Counted from the first letter of the stretch, positions 45,979 to 56,048 are shown. The stretch: 64,000 nucleotides of DNA from Nannocystales bacterium (GCA_050633305.1 JBOEGF010000006.1:96001-160000); one strand, 5' to 3'. Made by a program: numbers and translations. The notes: generated from the letters alone by a model not told the origin.

Positions 45979-46610
45979 GTGCTCTCTTCGTTTTCTTGCA
46001 GGAACGCAGCGGCCCGATCGAGGATCGACGGCGTCCACTGGAGCGCCCCGTGGACCCCCCCCACGAACTCGAGTGGGATGCCCGGGAGCGACATCTCTTC
46101 GACCGCGACAACCCCATCGTCGTCCCCGTCGAGGACCGGATTGTACCCGCGGGGTTCCCCTCGCCCACCGGCGAGCACCAACACCTGGGCGTTGTCGGGC
46201 GCGGGTGGCAAGCCGGGAACCCCGGGCTCGCGGAGCACCTTGGCCGCGTCCCCATACAACAAGTGAAACAACGGGTTGCGGTCATTGGCACGCGCCAGCG
46301 CCGATCCCTGGTTGGGTGGAGACAGCATCGCGACCCGCACCTGGGCCGCGGGTGCGCAGTGCGCAAGCCAGGCTCGGACGACCAGCCCCCCCATCGAGTG
46401 CGTGACGAACCCCAGGCGCGACGGCGGGTCACGGAGCCAGTCACGCAAGAATCCATCGAGCGCCCGGGCGTGGTCTTCAAGACCTCCACTGCGGGTCGCG
46501 TAGCCGAACGTTCGCGCATCGAGGCCTCGACGCCGCAGGTACACCGCGGTGGGCCACATCCCCGCCCGAGACCGCAGCGCGCCATGAATGCAGACGACAG
46601 GGAACGTCAT
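45975..46610 (-). CDS. Small alpha/beta hydrolase (lipase/esterase-like)
   Basis: ATG 46610; VVCIHG, VTHSMGGLVVR, SPPNQGS, DDGVV, H near C-terminus. Confidence 0.88.
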   Translation of the reverse strand: MTFPVVCIHGALRSRAGMWPTAVYLRRRGLDARTFGYATRSGGLEDHARALDGFLRDWLRDPPSRLGFVTHSMGGLVVRAWLAHCAPAAQVRVAMLSPPNQGSALARANDRNPLFHLLYGDAAKVLREPGVPGLPPAPDNAQVLVLAGGRGEPRGYNPVLDGDDDGVVAVEEMSLPGIPLEFVGGVHGALQWTPSILDRAAAFLQENEEST

Positions 46611-47476
46611 CGCTTGCGCTTCTTCTTCCGGGACGAACCAGGCTTGGGTTTCCGCGAAGGCGCTTGGGTCCCGCGGCGTTGCAGGACCGCGTACACGACC
46701 CCAAGCACGACCAGCATCGCCGCTGCACCGACTTGCCCGGTGTTGAGCGGTCCCAGCACCCCCGCAGGCGCGTCCGCCCGCATCGGCTCTTCGACGAATG
46801 CCCGGACGACCAGATAGAACATGCCGAAGCTCAAGAAGACTTGCCCCTCGAACCGGCGACGGGTGCGAACCCAGACGCACAGGGCAAGCCCCAGAAGACC
46901 CAGGGCCGCCGCGTAGAGCTGAACGGGATGAACCGGAAGCGACTCGAGTGCCCCGGAGCGCATCAGGTTGGCCAGCGTGCGCTTGTGCTCCACGAACGCG
47001 GGCGACCCCACGGGGAACTGCACCGACAACGACGCATCGGCGGCGTATCGACCGAACGCAGTGCCCGCGAAGAATGCCCCGAGGCGCTCGAAGACCAGAC
47101 CTAAGGCGAGGGCCGGCGCGAGCACGTCGTACCAGGCCCATGGCCGAACCTTGAGCCGGCTCGCCCAGGCACCACCCACGATCAGCGCGACGGCGACCCC
47201 TGCAAAGGGAGCCATCGTCCCGGCCCGCAGCGCGACGAGCGAGGCCACGCCCTCGTAGGCCTGTGGATGCTGAACGACCCACGCCGCCCGAGCACCGACC
47301 AGACCAGCCGCGGCAGACGCAACGAACACAGGCCCCATCGCCTTCGGGTCGAAGCCCTCGGTCCGGGACAGACGCAACGTCTGGGCCCAGGCGACCACGA
47401 GGGCAAGCGCCACGAAGAACCCGTAGGCCTGAATCTCCCACCCAAGACCTGGCAGGGTGAACAGCACCGGCTTCAT
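46607..47476 (-). CDS. lgt: Prolipoprotein diacylglyceryl transferase
   Basis: ATG 47476; AYGFFVALA, GLVGAR, APALALG..FERLG.F..G..FG, VHPVQLY, RAFVEE.MR.D. Confidence 0.85.
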   Translation of the reverse strand: MKPVLFTLPGLGWEIQAYGFFVALALVVAWAQTLRLSRTEGFDPKAMGPVFVASAAAGLVGARAAWVVQHPQAYEGVASLVALRAGTMAPFAGVAVALIVGGAWASRLKVRPWAWYDVLAPALALGLVFERLGAFFAGTAFGRYAADASLSVQFPVGSPAFVEHKRTLANLMRSGALESLPVHPVQLYAAALGLLGLALCVWVRTRRRFEGQVFLSFGMFYLVVRAFVEEPMRADAPAGVLGPLNTGQVGAAAMLVVLGVVYAVLQRRGTQAPSRKPKPGSSRKKKRKR

Positions 47477-47553
47477 CGGCCCCGGACGGTAGCACGTTGC
47501 CGCGCCCAATCCTGCGCCGCGTCGAGGTCGGCGTGGCATGATGGAGGTCGGTT

Positions 47554-48618
47554 ATGGACGCGTCCACGCAGAACGACCCCGTACGCAGCTACGAGGCCGC
47601 CCGCAGGCGTCTTTTCTTCGCCTTGGCACTGCTCACGACCGTCACCGCGGTCGGTGCAGGCGGATACTGGTACCTCGGCCAAACCGTCGGCGAGGGGATG
47701 TGGTCGCTTGCGGATTGCATCTACATGACCGCGATCACCATCACCACGGTGGGGTACGGCGAGGTCATCGACCTGGAGAAGGTCCAGTTCGCCAGGGAAT
47801 GGACCCTCCTGCTGCTCACGTTCGGGATCTCGGCCAACCTGTACGTGGTCTCGGCGATCACCAGTTTCTTCGTCGAGAGCGACTTCAACAATGTGCGCCG
47901 CTTCAAGCGGGATCGAAAGCGGATGAAGGAGATCAGCAATCACTACATCGTCTGTGGCGTGGGCCGGACCGGCCTCAACGTGATCGAGGAGCTCCTCGCG
48001 GTTGGGGAATCGGTCCTGGCCATCGACGAACGCGCAGACCACCTGGAGCAGCTCCGAGACCGCGGTGTCTTGATGCTGCATGGGGATGCCACCGACGACG
48101 AGATTCTCATCAAGGCCGGCATTCATCGCGCCAAAGGCATCGTGTCCGCCCTCGACGACGACAAGACGAACCTATTCGTCGTCGTCTCCTCCCGCCAAAC
48201 CAACCCGAAGCTTCGGATCGTCACCAAGGCCGTGGGGACCTCGACCGCCGCGAAGCTCCGCCGGGCCGGGGCCGATGCGGTCGTCACCCCGGCCAAGATC
48301 GGCGGGATGCGACTCGCATCCGAGCTCCTACGGCCCCACGTTGTCCGTTTCCTCGACGAGATGCTTCGAGACAAGGAAGCGCGGCTGCGCATCGAGGAAG
48401 CCACGGTCGGGCCCAGCGGCGACGTCGTGGGCATGGCCCTGGGCAAGGCCGACCTGCAGCACCGCGCAGGCGTCCTGGTCATGGCGGTCCGTCAGCCCGA
48501 CGGGGACGTGGTGCACGTGCCGCCCGCCGAGCTTGTCATCGAACCCGGCCAGACCCTCATCGCGATCGGAACGCCGGAAAACATCGACGAGCTCCGGGCA
48601 ACGGTCGGACACCGCTGA
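47554..48618 (+). CDS. Potassium channel with RCK (TrkA-N/TrkA-C) domains
   Basis: 2 TM + TTVGYG filter; HYIVCGVGRTG; GDAT; C-terminal TrkA-C. Confidence 0.93.
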   Translation: MDASTQNDPVRSYEAARRRLFFALALLTTVTAVGAGGYWYLGQTVGEGMWSLADCIYMTAITITTVGYGEVIDLEKVQFAREWTLLLLTFGISANLYVVSAITSFFVESDFNNVRRFKRDRKRMKEISNHYIVCGVGRTGLNVIEELLAVGESVLAIDERADHLEQLRDRGVLMLHGDATDDEILIKAGIHRAKGIVSALDDDKTNLFVVVSSRQTNPKLRIVTKAVGTSTAAKLRRAGADAVVTPAKIGGMRLASELLRPHVVRFLDEMLRDKEARLRIEEATVGPSGDVVGMALGKADLQHRAGVLVMAVRQPDGDVVHVPPAELVIEPGQTLIAIGTPENIDELRATVGHR

Positions 48619-48648
48619 GGGCCAGCAGCGTCGGCCTCGGTTGGCGGA

Positions 48649-50139
48649 TCAGAACTCGATGACCATCCGTCCGACAACGGCGGGGTCTCGGTAGCGGCCA
48701 AAGTACACGACTGTGCTCGCCTCGTCCGGGTCGATGCCGAATCGCCCGGTTGACAGCCCCTGGCGGCTCTCGAGCTCCGACAGGTCGTCTCCGTCGTACA
48801 CCGCGAATCGGCCGTTGCTGCCCACGTAGACCCGGCCGAATCCGTCGACCTCGACGTCGGCGTTATAGCCCTGCTCGACCTCGACATCCGCCACGACCGT
48901 CGCGTCGGAGACCCGGAACTTGTACAGGTGCTCGCCGGTGTGCGCGAACATGTAGTCCGTGCCTCCAACGGAGCCTGTCGCGATGCTGACTTCGCCGTCC
49001 TGCGGCCAAAGGTTCTGCCCGGACTGGGAGACCGACCACCCTCCACCGGAAAACTCCAACACCGCGTAGGGCTGCGGTCCGCCAAAGAAACTCGCAAACG
49101 AGAAGAATCGGCGCGAGCCGACCTGGGCGGTTGCGACGACCTGGGCGAGCGAGTTGTGGGGTGTCGGAAGCGTAGGATCGGCGATGACGGTCTCGAACGG
49201 GTTGAGGTCGTCGGCCCCGATGTTCGTGTACGCCCGGACATCGCCCGAGTAGGACATGTCGACGAACAACGTGCCGTCGTACTGCTGCATTCCGTAGCAG
49301 TACGGACCGCCACCTTGCGGGACGGGTGTTGCGACCGTGACGCCTGGCGACGCGGCGCCCTCGGAGATGTCGATCCGCCGAACGATGCAGTCGCCTCCGC
49401 CAGCGGTCGTCCCGGCCAGGAACAGCGCATCTTGTTGCGGGTCATAGACCATCCCGCCCAGCTCTCCGGACAGCGCAGCCGAGTCGTCGTGGAAGTTCGC
49501 CGTGAACTCGAAGGTGCGGAAGGCGACGACCTGGTCGAGGGTGTTGGTGTTGCCGTCGAGGTCGGGCAGCCCGGCACCGACGATGATGCTGTGCTCGGTC
49601 GAGCCTGGCAGGTCGCCCTGGTCGGGATCGACGAACTCGGTCGGGAACAGACCGGCGACACACTGAGGGTCGGCGTCGCGCGGACACGGCTGGGGCGCCA
49701 CCAAAACGGGTTCGCCGTCGCCCTGCGTCACGAAGATGTGGCCGAGCGCGTCGTTCTGCGAGATCGGACGGTCGAAGTGCAGGAGGAAGTATCCGTCTAG
49801 CGCGGCGTCGAGGTCACCGTCCTCGGGCGTGCTCATCTCCAACCGCGGGCCAAGTTGCGGCTCCCCGGTGGTGTCGTCCGCATCGGTGTCCGTCGCGCTC
49901 GGTTCTCCCGTGGACGCTGACGGGTCCTCCGTATCGGTCGCAGTCGTCGGCGTCGCCCCCGTCGTGCCCGAACTCGATCCGGTGCCGGGTGTCGTCGCGG
50001 TGTCCGACTCGCTCGCACCGGTTCCGGTCGAACTCTCGCCTTCGGTTTCGGCGGAGACCCCAGGCGGCGTCTCCTCCGGGTCGAAACACCCGGATCCGGT
50101 CAACGTGATCAGAGAAAAGAGCGCAATCGTTCGTTTCAT
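48649..50139 (-). CDS. Lipoprotein with Ser/Thr linker, Ig-like (Big_5-type) domain and beta-rich C-terminal domain
   Basis: ATG 50139; LTGSGC lipobox; STPEDG…LHFDRPI…LPGSTEH.I.V..GL.DLDGN…F.T. Confidence 0.75.
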   Translation of the reverse strand: MKRTIALFSLITLTGSGCFDPEETPPGVSAETEGESSTGTGASESDTATTPGTGSSSGTTGATPTTATDTEDPSASTGEPSATDTDADDTTGEPQLGPRLEMSTPEDGDLDAALDGYFLLHFDRPISQNDALGHIFVTQGDGEPVLVAPQPCPRDADPQCVAGLFPTEFVDPDQGDLPGSTEHSIIVGAGLPDLDGNTNTLDQVVAFRTFEFTANFHDDSAALSGELGGMVYDPQQDALFLAGTTAGGGDCIVRRIDISEGAASPGVTVATPVPQGGGPYCYGMQQYDGTLFVDMSYSGDVRAYTNIGADDLNPFETVIADPTLPTPHNSLAQVVATAQVGSRRFFSFASFFGGPQPYAVLEFSGGGWSVSQSGQNLWPQDGEVSIATGSVGGTDYMFAHTGEHLYKFRVSDATVVADVEVEQGYNADVEVDGFGRVYVGSNGRFAVYDGDDLSELESRQGLSTGRFGIDPDEASTVVYFGRYRDPAVVGRMVIEF

Positions 50140-50272
50140 GATGGGCACCGGGCGATCGACACGGCCATACCCTATGAGTGCCGAAACCCGCGGAACGATC
50201 ACGAGACGGGTGCAGTTTTCCGAAACGCTCGGAGCCCCGCCGCCCGGAAGAGCCCCGTGCGCCACGCTGCGG

Positions 50273-50650
50273 TCAGTCGTCCGCGTAGACGGCTTCTTCT
50301 TTTTCCTGGGCCTCTTTGCACTGAATGCAGAGCTGGGCCTCAGGGCGGGCTTGCAACCGTTTGAGCGAGATGGGCTCGTCGCACTCTTCGCAGAGCCCGT
50401 ACTCGCCGTCGTCGATCTTGCGGAGGGCCTTGTCGATCTTGCCCATCAAGAAGCGTTCCCGGCCGCGAAGGCGGAAGGAGAACGCCTGCATGTACTCGCT
50501 CGACGCTTGGTCGACCTCGTCCATCCGTTCCTCGGACGGGACGACCATGTCGTTATCGAGCGTCCGCTTCGCCTCCTCGATGAGGTGATCCCGCTTCTCT
50601 TTAAGCAGTTTGGCGAAGGCTTCGAGTTGTGGCTTCGTCAGTTCGGTCAT
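50273..50650 (-). CDS. dksA: RNA polymerase-binding protein DksA
   Basis: ATG 50650; DEVDQA coiled-coil tip; YGLCEECDEPI..RL.ARP.A.LCIQCK Zn finger. Confidence 0.92.
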   Translation of the reverse strand: MTELTKPQLEAFAKLLKEKRDHLIEEAKRTLDNDMVVPSEERMDEVDQASSEYMQAFSFRLRGRERFLMGKIDKALRKIDDGEYGLCEECDEPISLKRLQARPEAQLCIQCKEAQEKEEAVYADD

Positions 50651-50894
50651 GGCAGCGCGCAACCTGATGAACCCGGAGGTTCGAGGACGCAGGACAATAG
50701 GGGCTTTGAGGTCGCCAAACAACGGCAAAAGCGACCAGGTTGCGATCGACTGATCAGGCCGGCCACCCGGCTGGTCATTGCCCATTCGGAGGGTTTTGCA
50801 CCTGGAGAGATCGCGTCTAGGGGCCTGTACTCGAAAAACCGACGCCTCGGTCCCAGATCGGCGCCGAATTCGTCAAAATGCACGGGTTCAGCCG

Positions 50895-50924
50895 TTGACA
50901 ACGTGTCCCGCCGAGGCCTACCTT
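50895..50924 (+). promoter_or_regulatory. sigma70-type promoter
   Basis: TTGACA-N18-TACCTT, 40 nt upstream of ATG 50965. Confidence 0.6.
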
Positions 50925-50964
50925 TGTGCGACTTTGCCGCATTTTGGCGGAAAGAGTGCGCAAC

Positions 50965-51174
50965 ATGGCCAGCTCTGACAAGCGTAAGCAAAGCCTCTAT
51001 TTCCCTGAGCAGATGTTGAAGGAGATCCAAGAGGAGGCCGCGCGGCAAGACCGCTCGCTCTCCTGGATCGTCCAGAAAGCGTGGAAGATCGCGCGGAAAG
51101 ACATCATGAAATACCCGAGCGTCAATGAAGTGCCCGACGACGCTCCAGATGACGAGCGCGGCAAGAACGAGTAA
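50965..51174 (+). CDS. Myxobacterial small protein, TIGR04563 (MXAN_4361/4362)-like, RHH-like
   Basis: DKRKQSLYFPE.ML.EI..EA.RQDRSLSWIVQ.AWKIAR signature. Confidence 0.88.
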   Translation: MASSDKRKQSLYFPEQMLKEIQEEAARQDRSLSWIVQKAWKIARKDIMKYPSVNEVPDDAPDDERGKNE

Positions 51175-51403
51175 CCGCGTCAACCGACCGCCGGGCAGAC
51201 CCCACCGAGAGTTCATCGCCGGGGTCGCCCTCAATCACATGTGGATCACATGTGGGTCACAGCACTGTGTTTGCTCGAAGCGGGCATGCTCTGCATGCCA
51301 TCCGGAGCCGAGGGTCGGTAATTGTGCGTAGCGCCCAGGCTGCTGGCGTGCTGCGTGGTCGACGCCGTCACAACGCGACGGGTCCAGGTCGGGTCCAGGG
51401 TTG

Positions 51404-52333
51404 ATGTCGCCCCCGCATTCCGAAGCTGACTCGGCACCGCCGAGTGCTGGAGTACGCGCCGAATCTGAGCGGTTTCTCGACCGTCCGGACGGCGCGTCCG
51501 TATGCATTCAGGCCTGGGGCGAGCGCGGCTCTCCAACGATCCTCATCCTCGACGGCATCGGCTGCGCGGGTTGGGCGTTCCGAAAGATCCTCCCGGTCCT
51601 GCGTGACGACTTCCGCATCCTTCTGATGCACTACCGCGGGCACGGGCGTTCACCGAACCCGCCGCGTCCTTGGCATCTGGGCCTGGACGTTTTCGCGGAC
51701 GACGCGGAGGCGACGTTGCGCAGCGAGGGCGCCGAACAAGCGGTCCTGCTCGGGTTTTCGATGGGCTTTCAGGTCGCGCTGGAGGTCTACAAGCGGCACA
51801 GGACCCGCGTTGCCGGGATGATCTCGATCGCAGGTCCATCGGGGCGCGCACTGGCCCAGTTCCAGGGCACCGACGTCATCGCCCACGCCCTGCCCTTTTT
51901 GCGTGCGGCGACACGCCATGCATCCGACCTCACCGTCCGAGTGTGGAAAGCACTGGTCCCCAACCCGACGCTGCGGCGACTCGGGATGGGAAGCCAACTC
52001 AACCTCGACCGGATCGACGTCGAGGACATCGACTTCTACCTGTCGCAGATCTCGAAGATGAGCCCAGAGCTGTTTCTCGAGGTCCTTCAGCAAGCCGCCC
52101 GTCACAGCACCGAAGACGTCATGCCGCGCGTGCGGGTCCCCTCTCTTGTCATGGCCGGCGGAAAAGACACCTTTGTTCCGCTGTCGACCATGCGAGACGT
52201 CGCGTTCGCGATTCCCGGCGCACAGTGGGTGGTGCTGCCCGAGGCTTCGCACGCTCTCCCAGCCGAGTACCCCGAAGACGTCGCCGAGCACATCCGCCGG
52301 TTTTCGGCAGCGACGCTGTGCCCGCCCGCGTAG
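51404..52333 (+). CDS. Alpha/beta hydrolase
   Basis: YRGHGRS, LGFSMG nucleophile, GGKDTFVP, ASHA. Confidence 0.9.
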   Translation: MSPPHSEADSAPPSAGVRAESERFLDRPDGASVCIQAWGERGSPTILILDGIGCAGWAFRKILPVLRDDFRILLMHYRGHGRSPNPPRPWHLGLDVFADDAEATLRSEGAEQAVLLGFSMGFQVALEVYKRHRTRVAGMISIAGPSGRALAQFQGTDVIAHALPFLRAATRHASDLTVRVWKALVPNPTLRRLGMGSQLNLDRIDVEDIDFYLSQISKMSPELFLEVLQQAARHSTEDVMPRVRVPSLVMAGGKDTFVPLSTMRDVAFAIPGAQWVVLPEASHALPAEYPEDVAEHIRRFSAATLCPPA

Positions 52334-52337
52334 CGCT

Positions 52338-53744
52338 CTACTCGCCCGACTTCCGCCGCTTGCCGCCCTGACCGTCGTCGTCCTTCTCGATGGCGTAGCG
52401 CGTGAGCCGTTTGAAGGTCTCGTTGCGCTCGAGGTCGCTGAGGATCTTGACCAGGTCGTCGTGGGGCTTGGAGTCGTTGACCAGCTTGCCGATCGTCCCC
52501 TCCCCCTTCTCGATACGCGCGGTGATCCGCGAAGCCGAAGCGGTCGTTTTCTCCACGTCTGCGAGGATCTTCTCGAGGTCGCTGGTGAGCTCCCCCTTCT
52601 CGTCGTAGAGCAGCTTGGAAGCCAACGACTTGTTGGTGGGGTCCTTGAGGTCGTCGAGCAGCTTCCGCAAGCTGGCCATCGTCTCGCGCGCGTCGTCGAC
52701 GGTGGGCTGAAGGTTCTTGTCGATCTTCGACAGCGAGTTGTTCGCCTTGCCGACGAATCGGTCCACCCCCTGCGCGGTGTTGCGAACGCCTCGAAGGGTC
52801 TGGCCGAAGTCAGCCTTGTACTCCTCGCTGGACAGCAGGGCGCCGACCAGGCCCTCCCCCTCGGCGATCTGCCGCGTGATTTCTTCGGTGTGCTGGATGA
52901 TGTTCTTGACGTTGTCGAGCGTCCGCTCGTCGTTGAGCTCGGAGAACAGGCTGGAGATGCCACCAAGGGCCGTGTCGACCTTGTCGGTCAGGCCATCGAT
53001 GCGTTCGCGAAACAGCTCGATGTCCTCGTACAGCGACGGGGAACTCTGGATGATGAGGACATCCGCGTCGTCGTGGCTGTTGAGGGCTTGTGGGGTGAGC
53101 TGGGCTCGCGCGCCGGGCGTGATGGCGACGAGCTGGTCACCGAGCACGCCGTTTTGGGCGATGGTCGCTCGGGAGTCCTCTCGGATCAGCGGAAGCTTGT
53201 CGGCGAAGATCGCCATGCGGACCTCGACCCGGCGGTGTTCCTTGTCGAAGCGCGCACAAACCCCCTCGGGCCCCGTCCAGAACACCCTGCGATACCGATT
53301 GCGGAACTCCTTGGTCACGCAAATCTCTTCGACCATGCAGTCCTGGGTGGTCATGCATGGCGCGTGCAGGCCCTTGGCGGCATAGGGTTCGAGCTCGGCG
53401 CAGACGCGGTCTGGACTGCAGAAGAGGAAGGAACTGCAATCGTCGGAACGGTCGCCGTCGAAGCGACCGATGTCCTCGGTCAGCGGGTCACAGACCAGGT
53501 CGTCGCCCGAACGCTGGACGAAGTTGATCGCGTCGACGGTGCCAATCTCGACCCCCGCCAGCTGCACTGGCGACCCTCGCCGGAGCCCGGAGATGGTGCG
53601 GAAGTCCGTATAGACGGGGACCTTGTCGGCCCATGTGCCCTCGGCCTGGCCGATGAGGAACAGCGACACGAAGCCCAGTGCCGCGAGGATGGTGACGAAC
53701 AGCCCGACGATCAGCCGGGTCCGGGTTTCGCGTTCACGGGCCAT
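52338..53744 (-). CDS. mlaD: MlaD/MCE-family protein with Cys-rich insertion and long helical region
   Basis: ATG 53744; N-terminal TM; F..ISGL..GSPVQLAGVEIG.V; IREDSRATIAQNGVLGDQLVAITPG; GEG..G.L repeats. Confidence 0.88.
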   Translation of the reverse strand: MARERETRTRLIVGLFVTILAALGFVSLFLIGQAEGTWADKVPVYTDFRTISGLRRGSPVQLAGVEIGTVDAINFVQRSGDDLVCDPLTEDIGRFDGDRSDDCSSFLFCSPDRVCAELEPYAAKGLHAPCMTTQDCMVEEICVTKEFRNRYRRVFWTGPEGVCARFDKEHRRVEVRMAIFADKLPLIREDSRATIAQNGVLGDQLVAITPGARAQLTPQALNSHDDADVLIIQSSPSLYEDIELFRERIDGLTDKVDTALGGISSLFSELNDERTLDNVKNIIQHTEEITRQIAEGEGLVGALLSSEEYKADFGQTLRGVRNTAQGVDRFVGKANNSLSKIDKNLQPTVDDARETMASLRKLLDDLKDPTNKSLASKLLYDEKGELTSDLEKILADVEKTTASASRITARIEKGEGTIGKLVNDSKPHDDLVKILSDLERNETFKRLTRYAIEKDDDGQGGKRRKSGE

Positions 53745-54525
53745 GGTGTCGGGCCTCCGCTTCTCTGAGGGTGCCGTGGATGAAGTCCCGAACCTCGCCC
53801 TGAGGCGAGTGCCACATTTCTTCGGCCGTCCCCACAAACGGGAATCGTTTTTCGTAGAGCATGGCGATGCGGTCCGACACCTTGCGCGCCGTGGGCATGT
53901 CATGGGTGACCACGACGGAGGTCACCTTGAGTTCCCGCTGGAGCTTCATGATCATGGCGCTGATTCGGTTGATGTTCTTGGGATCGAGTCCGGTGGTGGG
54001 CTCGTCGTACAGGATAACTTCGGGCTCGATCGCAATCGAGCGTGCCAGCGCGACCCTCTTTCGCATCCCACCGGAGAGCGACGAGGGCATCGACTGCAGC
54101 ACCCGCTCCTGCAGGCCGACCATGTCCACGCAGGACCGGGCCTTGTCCAGGATGCCAGCATCATCGAGTTCGGTGTGCTCGCGGAGTGCGTAGCCGATGT
54201 TCTCGAGGACGGTCATCGAGTCGAACAGCGCCCCGCCTTGAAAGACATACGCAACCCGCTGACGAATGGCGCGCAGTCCCTCCGCGTTCTGCTCCCCGAC
54301 CGTTTTCCCCTCGACCTTCACCACCCCGGCATCCGCCTGGAGCAAACCGATCATCATCTTGAGGCAGACGCTCTTCCCCTGGCCGGAGCCTCCGATGATC
54401 GTCAGCGTCTCCCCGCGCTTCACGCTCAGATCCATGTCGGCGTAGACCGTGTTGTCGCCGAAGGACTTTTCGACCCCGATGAACTCGATGACGGGGGCCG
54501 TCGCTGAGGGCTGGGTCTGCGTCAC
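53734..54525 (-). CDS. mlaF: MlaF-type ABC ATPase
   Basis: GTG 54525; GGSGQGKS, FQGGALFDSMTV.EN, LSGGMRKRVALAR, YDEPTTGLDP, VTHD. Confidence 0.92.
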   Translation of the reverse strand: MTQTQPSATAPVIEFIGVEKSFGDNTVYADMDLSVKRGETLTIIGGSGQGKSVCLKMMIGLLQADAGVVKVEGKTVGEQNAEGLRAIRQRVAYVFQGGALFDSMTVLENIGYALREHTELDDAGILDKARSCVDMVGLQERVLQSMPSSLSGGMRKRVALARSIAIEPEVILYDEPTTGLDPKNINRISAMIMKLQRELKVTSVVVTHDMPTARKVSDRIAMLYEKRFPFVGTAEEMWHSPQGEVRDFIHGTLREAEARHHGP

Positions 54526-55292
54526 AGGAACAGGATCGTGATGTAGAAGTCTGCGAGAATCACGCAGATCGACGTGGCGACGACCGTCTCCATCGTCGAC
54601 TTGCCGACCGCCTCGGTCCCGAACTTGGTCGAGAAGCCCTGGTAACAACCGATCAGCCCGACCAAGTAGCCGAAGGTGCCGCCCTTGACGATGCTCTGGA
54701 GGTAGTCGACCGGGGCGAGCTCGTCGACGTAGGTCTCGTAGAAGTAGCCGGCCGGAACACCGTAGACCCACTCGCCGATCAGCATCCCGCCGACGAGGGC
54801 GATGATGTTGCCCCAGGCGACCAACAGCGGCACGGCCATGGTCCCGGCGACGAGCCGCGGCCAGACCAGTTTTTTGATCGGGTCGGCACCCAACGCGGCG
54901 ACAGCGTCGATCTGCTCGGTCACCTTCATGGACCCGAGCTCCGCGGCCATGCCCGCCGCCATCTTGGCGCCCACGGTCAACGCGATCAGCGTTGGAAGCA
55001 GTTCTCGCACCAAGGCCAACGAGCTGGCGTCGCCGAGCTTCATCGTCGCGCCGAAGTCCGCCAACGCCGCACCGAACTGCACCGCGAGGATCATCCCGAT
55101 GAACAGCGACATGAAGGAGGCGATCGGGAGTGACCGGATCCCTTGTTCGACGAGCTGGGCCGCGATGTCGTCGATGCCCCACGGCCGCCGGGGTCCCGCC
55201 GCCGCAGAGCGCAGCGCGAGCGAAGTCAGACCTCCGACCCAGTCCAAGCCGGACAGGACCATCGCGCCGAACCGTTCGATGAGCCGTCGCAT
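54522..55292 (-). CDS. mlaE: MlaE-type ABC permease
   Basis: GIRSLP, LVREL.P, AELGSMKVTEQIDA, LVWPR, EAVGKST...VV. Confidence 0.93.
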   Translation of the reverse strand: MRRLIERFGAMVLSGLDWVGGLTSLALRSAAAGPRRPWGIDDIAAQLVEQGIRSLPIASFMSLFIGMILAVQFGAALADFGATMKLGDASSLALVRELLPTLIALTVGAKMAAGMAAELGSMKVTEQIDAVAALGADPIKKLVWPRLVAGTMAVPLLVAWGNIIALVGGMLIGEWVYGVPAGYFYETYVDELAPVDYLQSIVKGGTFGYLVGLIGCYQGFSTKFGTEAVGKSTMETVVATSICVILADFYITILFL

Positions 55293-55306
55293 ACGGAGGA
55301 CTCAGC

Positions 55307-55864
55307 CTACAGCGGGAAGCGCAGCCCCTTCACCACGCGCGAAAAGGCGGCTTGGCCGGATGCGAAGTTCTCGGCGCCAGCCGAGTAGCGCAGGTCGAAC
55401 AGGCAACCGTCCTTCTTCACAACCCACAGCTCGTTGCGGCGGGGGATGCCGTCGAGCGACGCGTCGACCACGGTACGCATCGCGGCCCGCCCGATGAGCT
55501 CGGTCTCGGACTGCTCGAGGACGGTCCACCCGTCCCAGTCGATGCGGAGGTGGTCGGTGTATTGCTGCAGCGAGCTGTCGCCCTGGTCATCGCACTGCGC
55601 GTAGACCTCGATGATGCCGACGCCCTCGAGGGCGGTGTTCACCCAGGCGACCTGGATGTCGTCGACATCGCGCACCGGACGCCACTCGCCTCCGGGGACG
55701 CCGAACGAGAACGTCGTCTCGGCGGGTCCACGATGACCGTAGTAGGTGTCCCCGTGGTCACGCCAACCGGCGCAGCCGATGAGGAGGATGGACGCCGCCC
55801 ATCCGACCGTCCGTCCAAGAAGTGCAACGCCCAACCGGGCGCTCGAGGCGCGAAAACGAGACAC
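55307..55864 (-). CDS. Hypothetical lipoprotein, first gene of the mla-like operon
   Basis: SILLIGC lipobox; ends 14 nt before mlaE; TGcTATGCT upstream. Confidence 0.72.
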   Translation of the reverse strand: MSRFRASSARLGVALLGRTVGWAASILLIGCAGWRDHGDTYYGHRGPAETTFSFGVPGGEWRPVRDVDDIQVAWVNTALEGVGIIEVYAQCDDQGDSSLQQYTDHLRIDWDGWTVLEQSETELIGRAAMRTVVDASLDGIPRRNELWVVKKDGCLFDLRYSAGAENFASGQAAFSRVVKGLRFPL

Positions 55865-56048
55865 GAGCGGCCGCGAGCATAGCAGCCCTGGGCGCTCCGC
55901 AGCGAGGGATCAACGAGGCGGGCTGACGATCCGTGACGTGGGCTGTGCTCCGACTTGCACAGCCATGACCCAACTTGGCGCAAAGACATGCGCAGTTGTC
56001 CGCGCATGGACCTGCGCACCGCGAGCAGCGCGCACTTTCAAGGTTTAC

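Noticed and set aside
51240..51260. oriC based on DnaA-box-like words
   Set aside because: Only one or two imperfect boxes, no AT-rich unwinding element and no dnaA/dnaN context.
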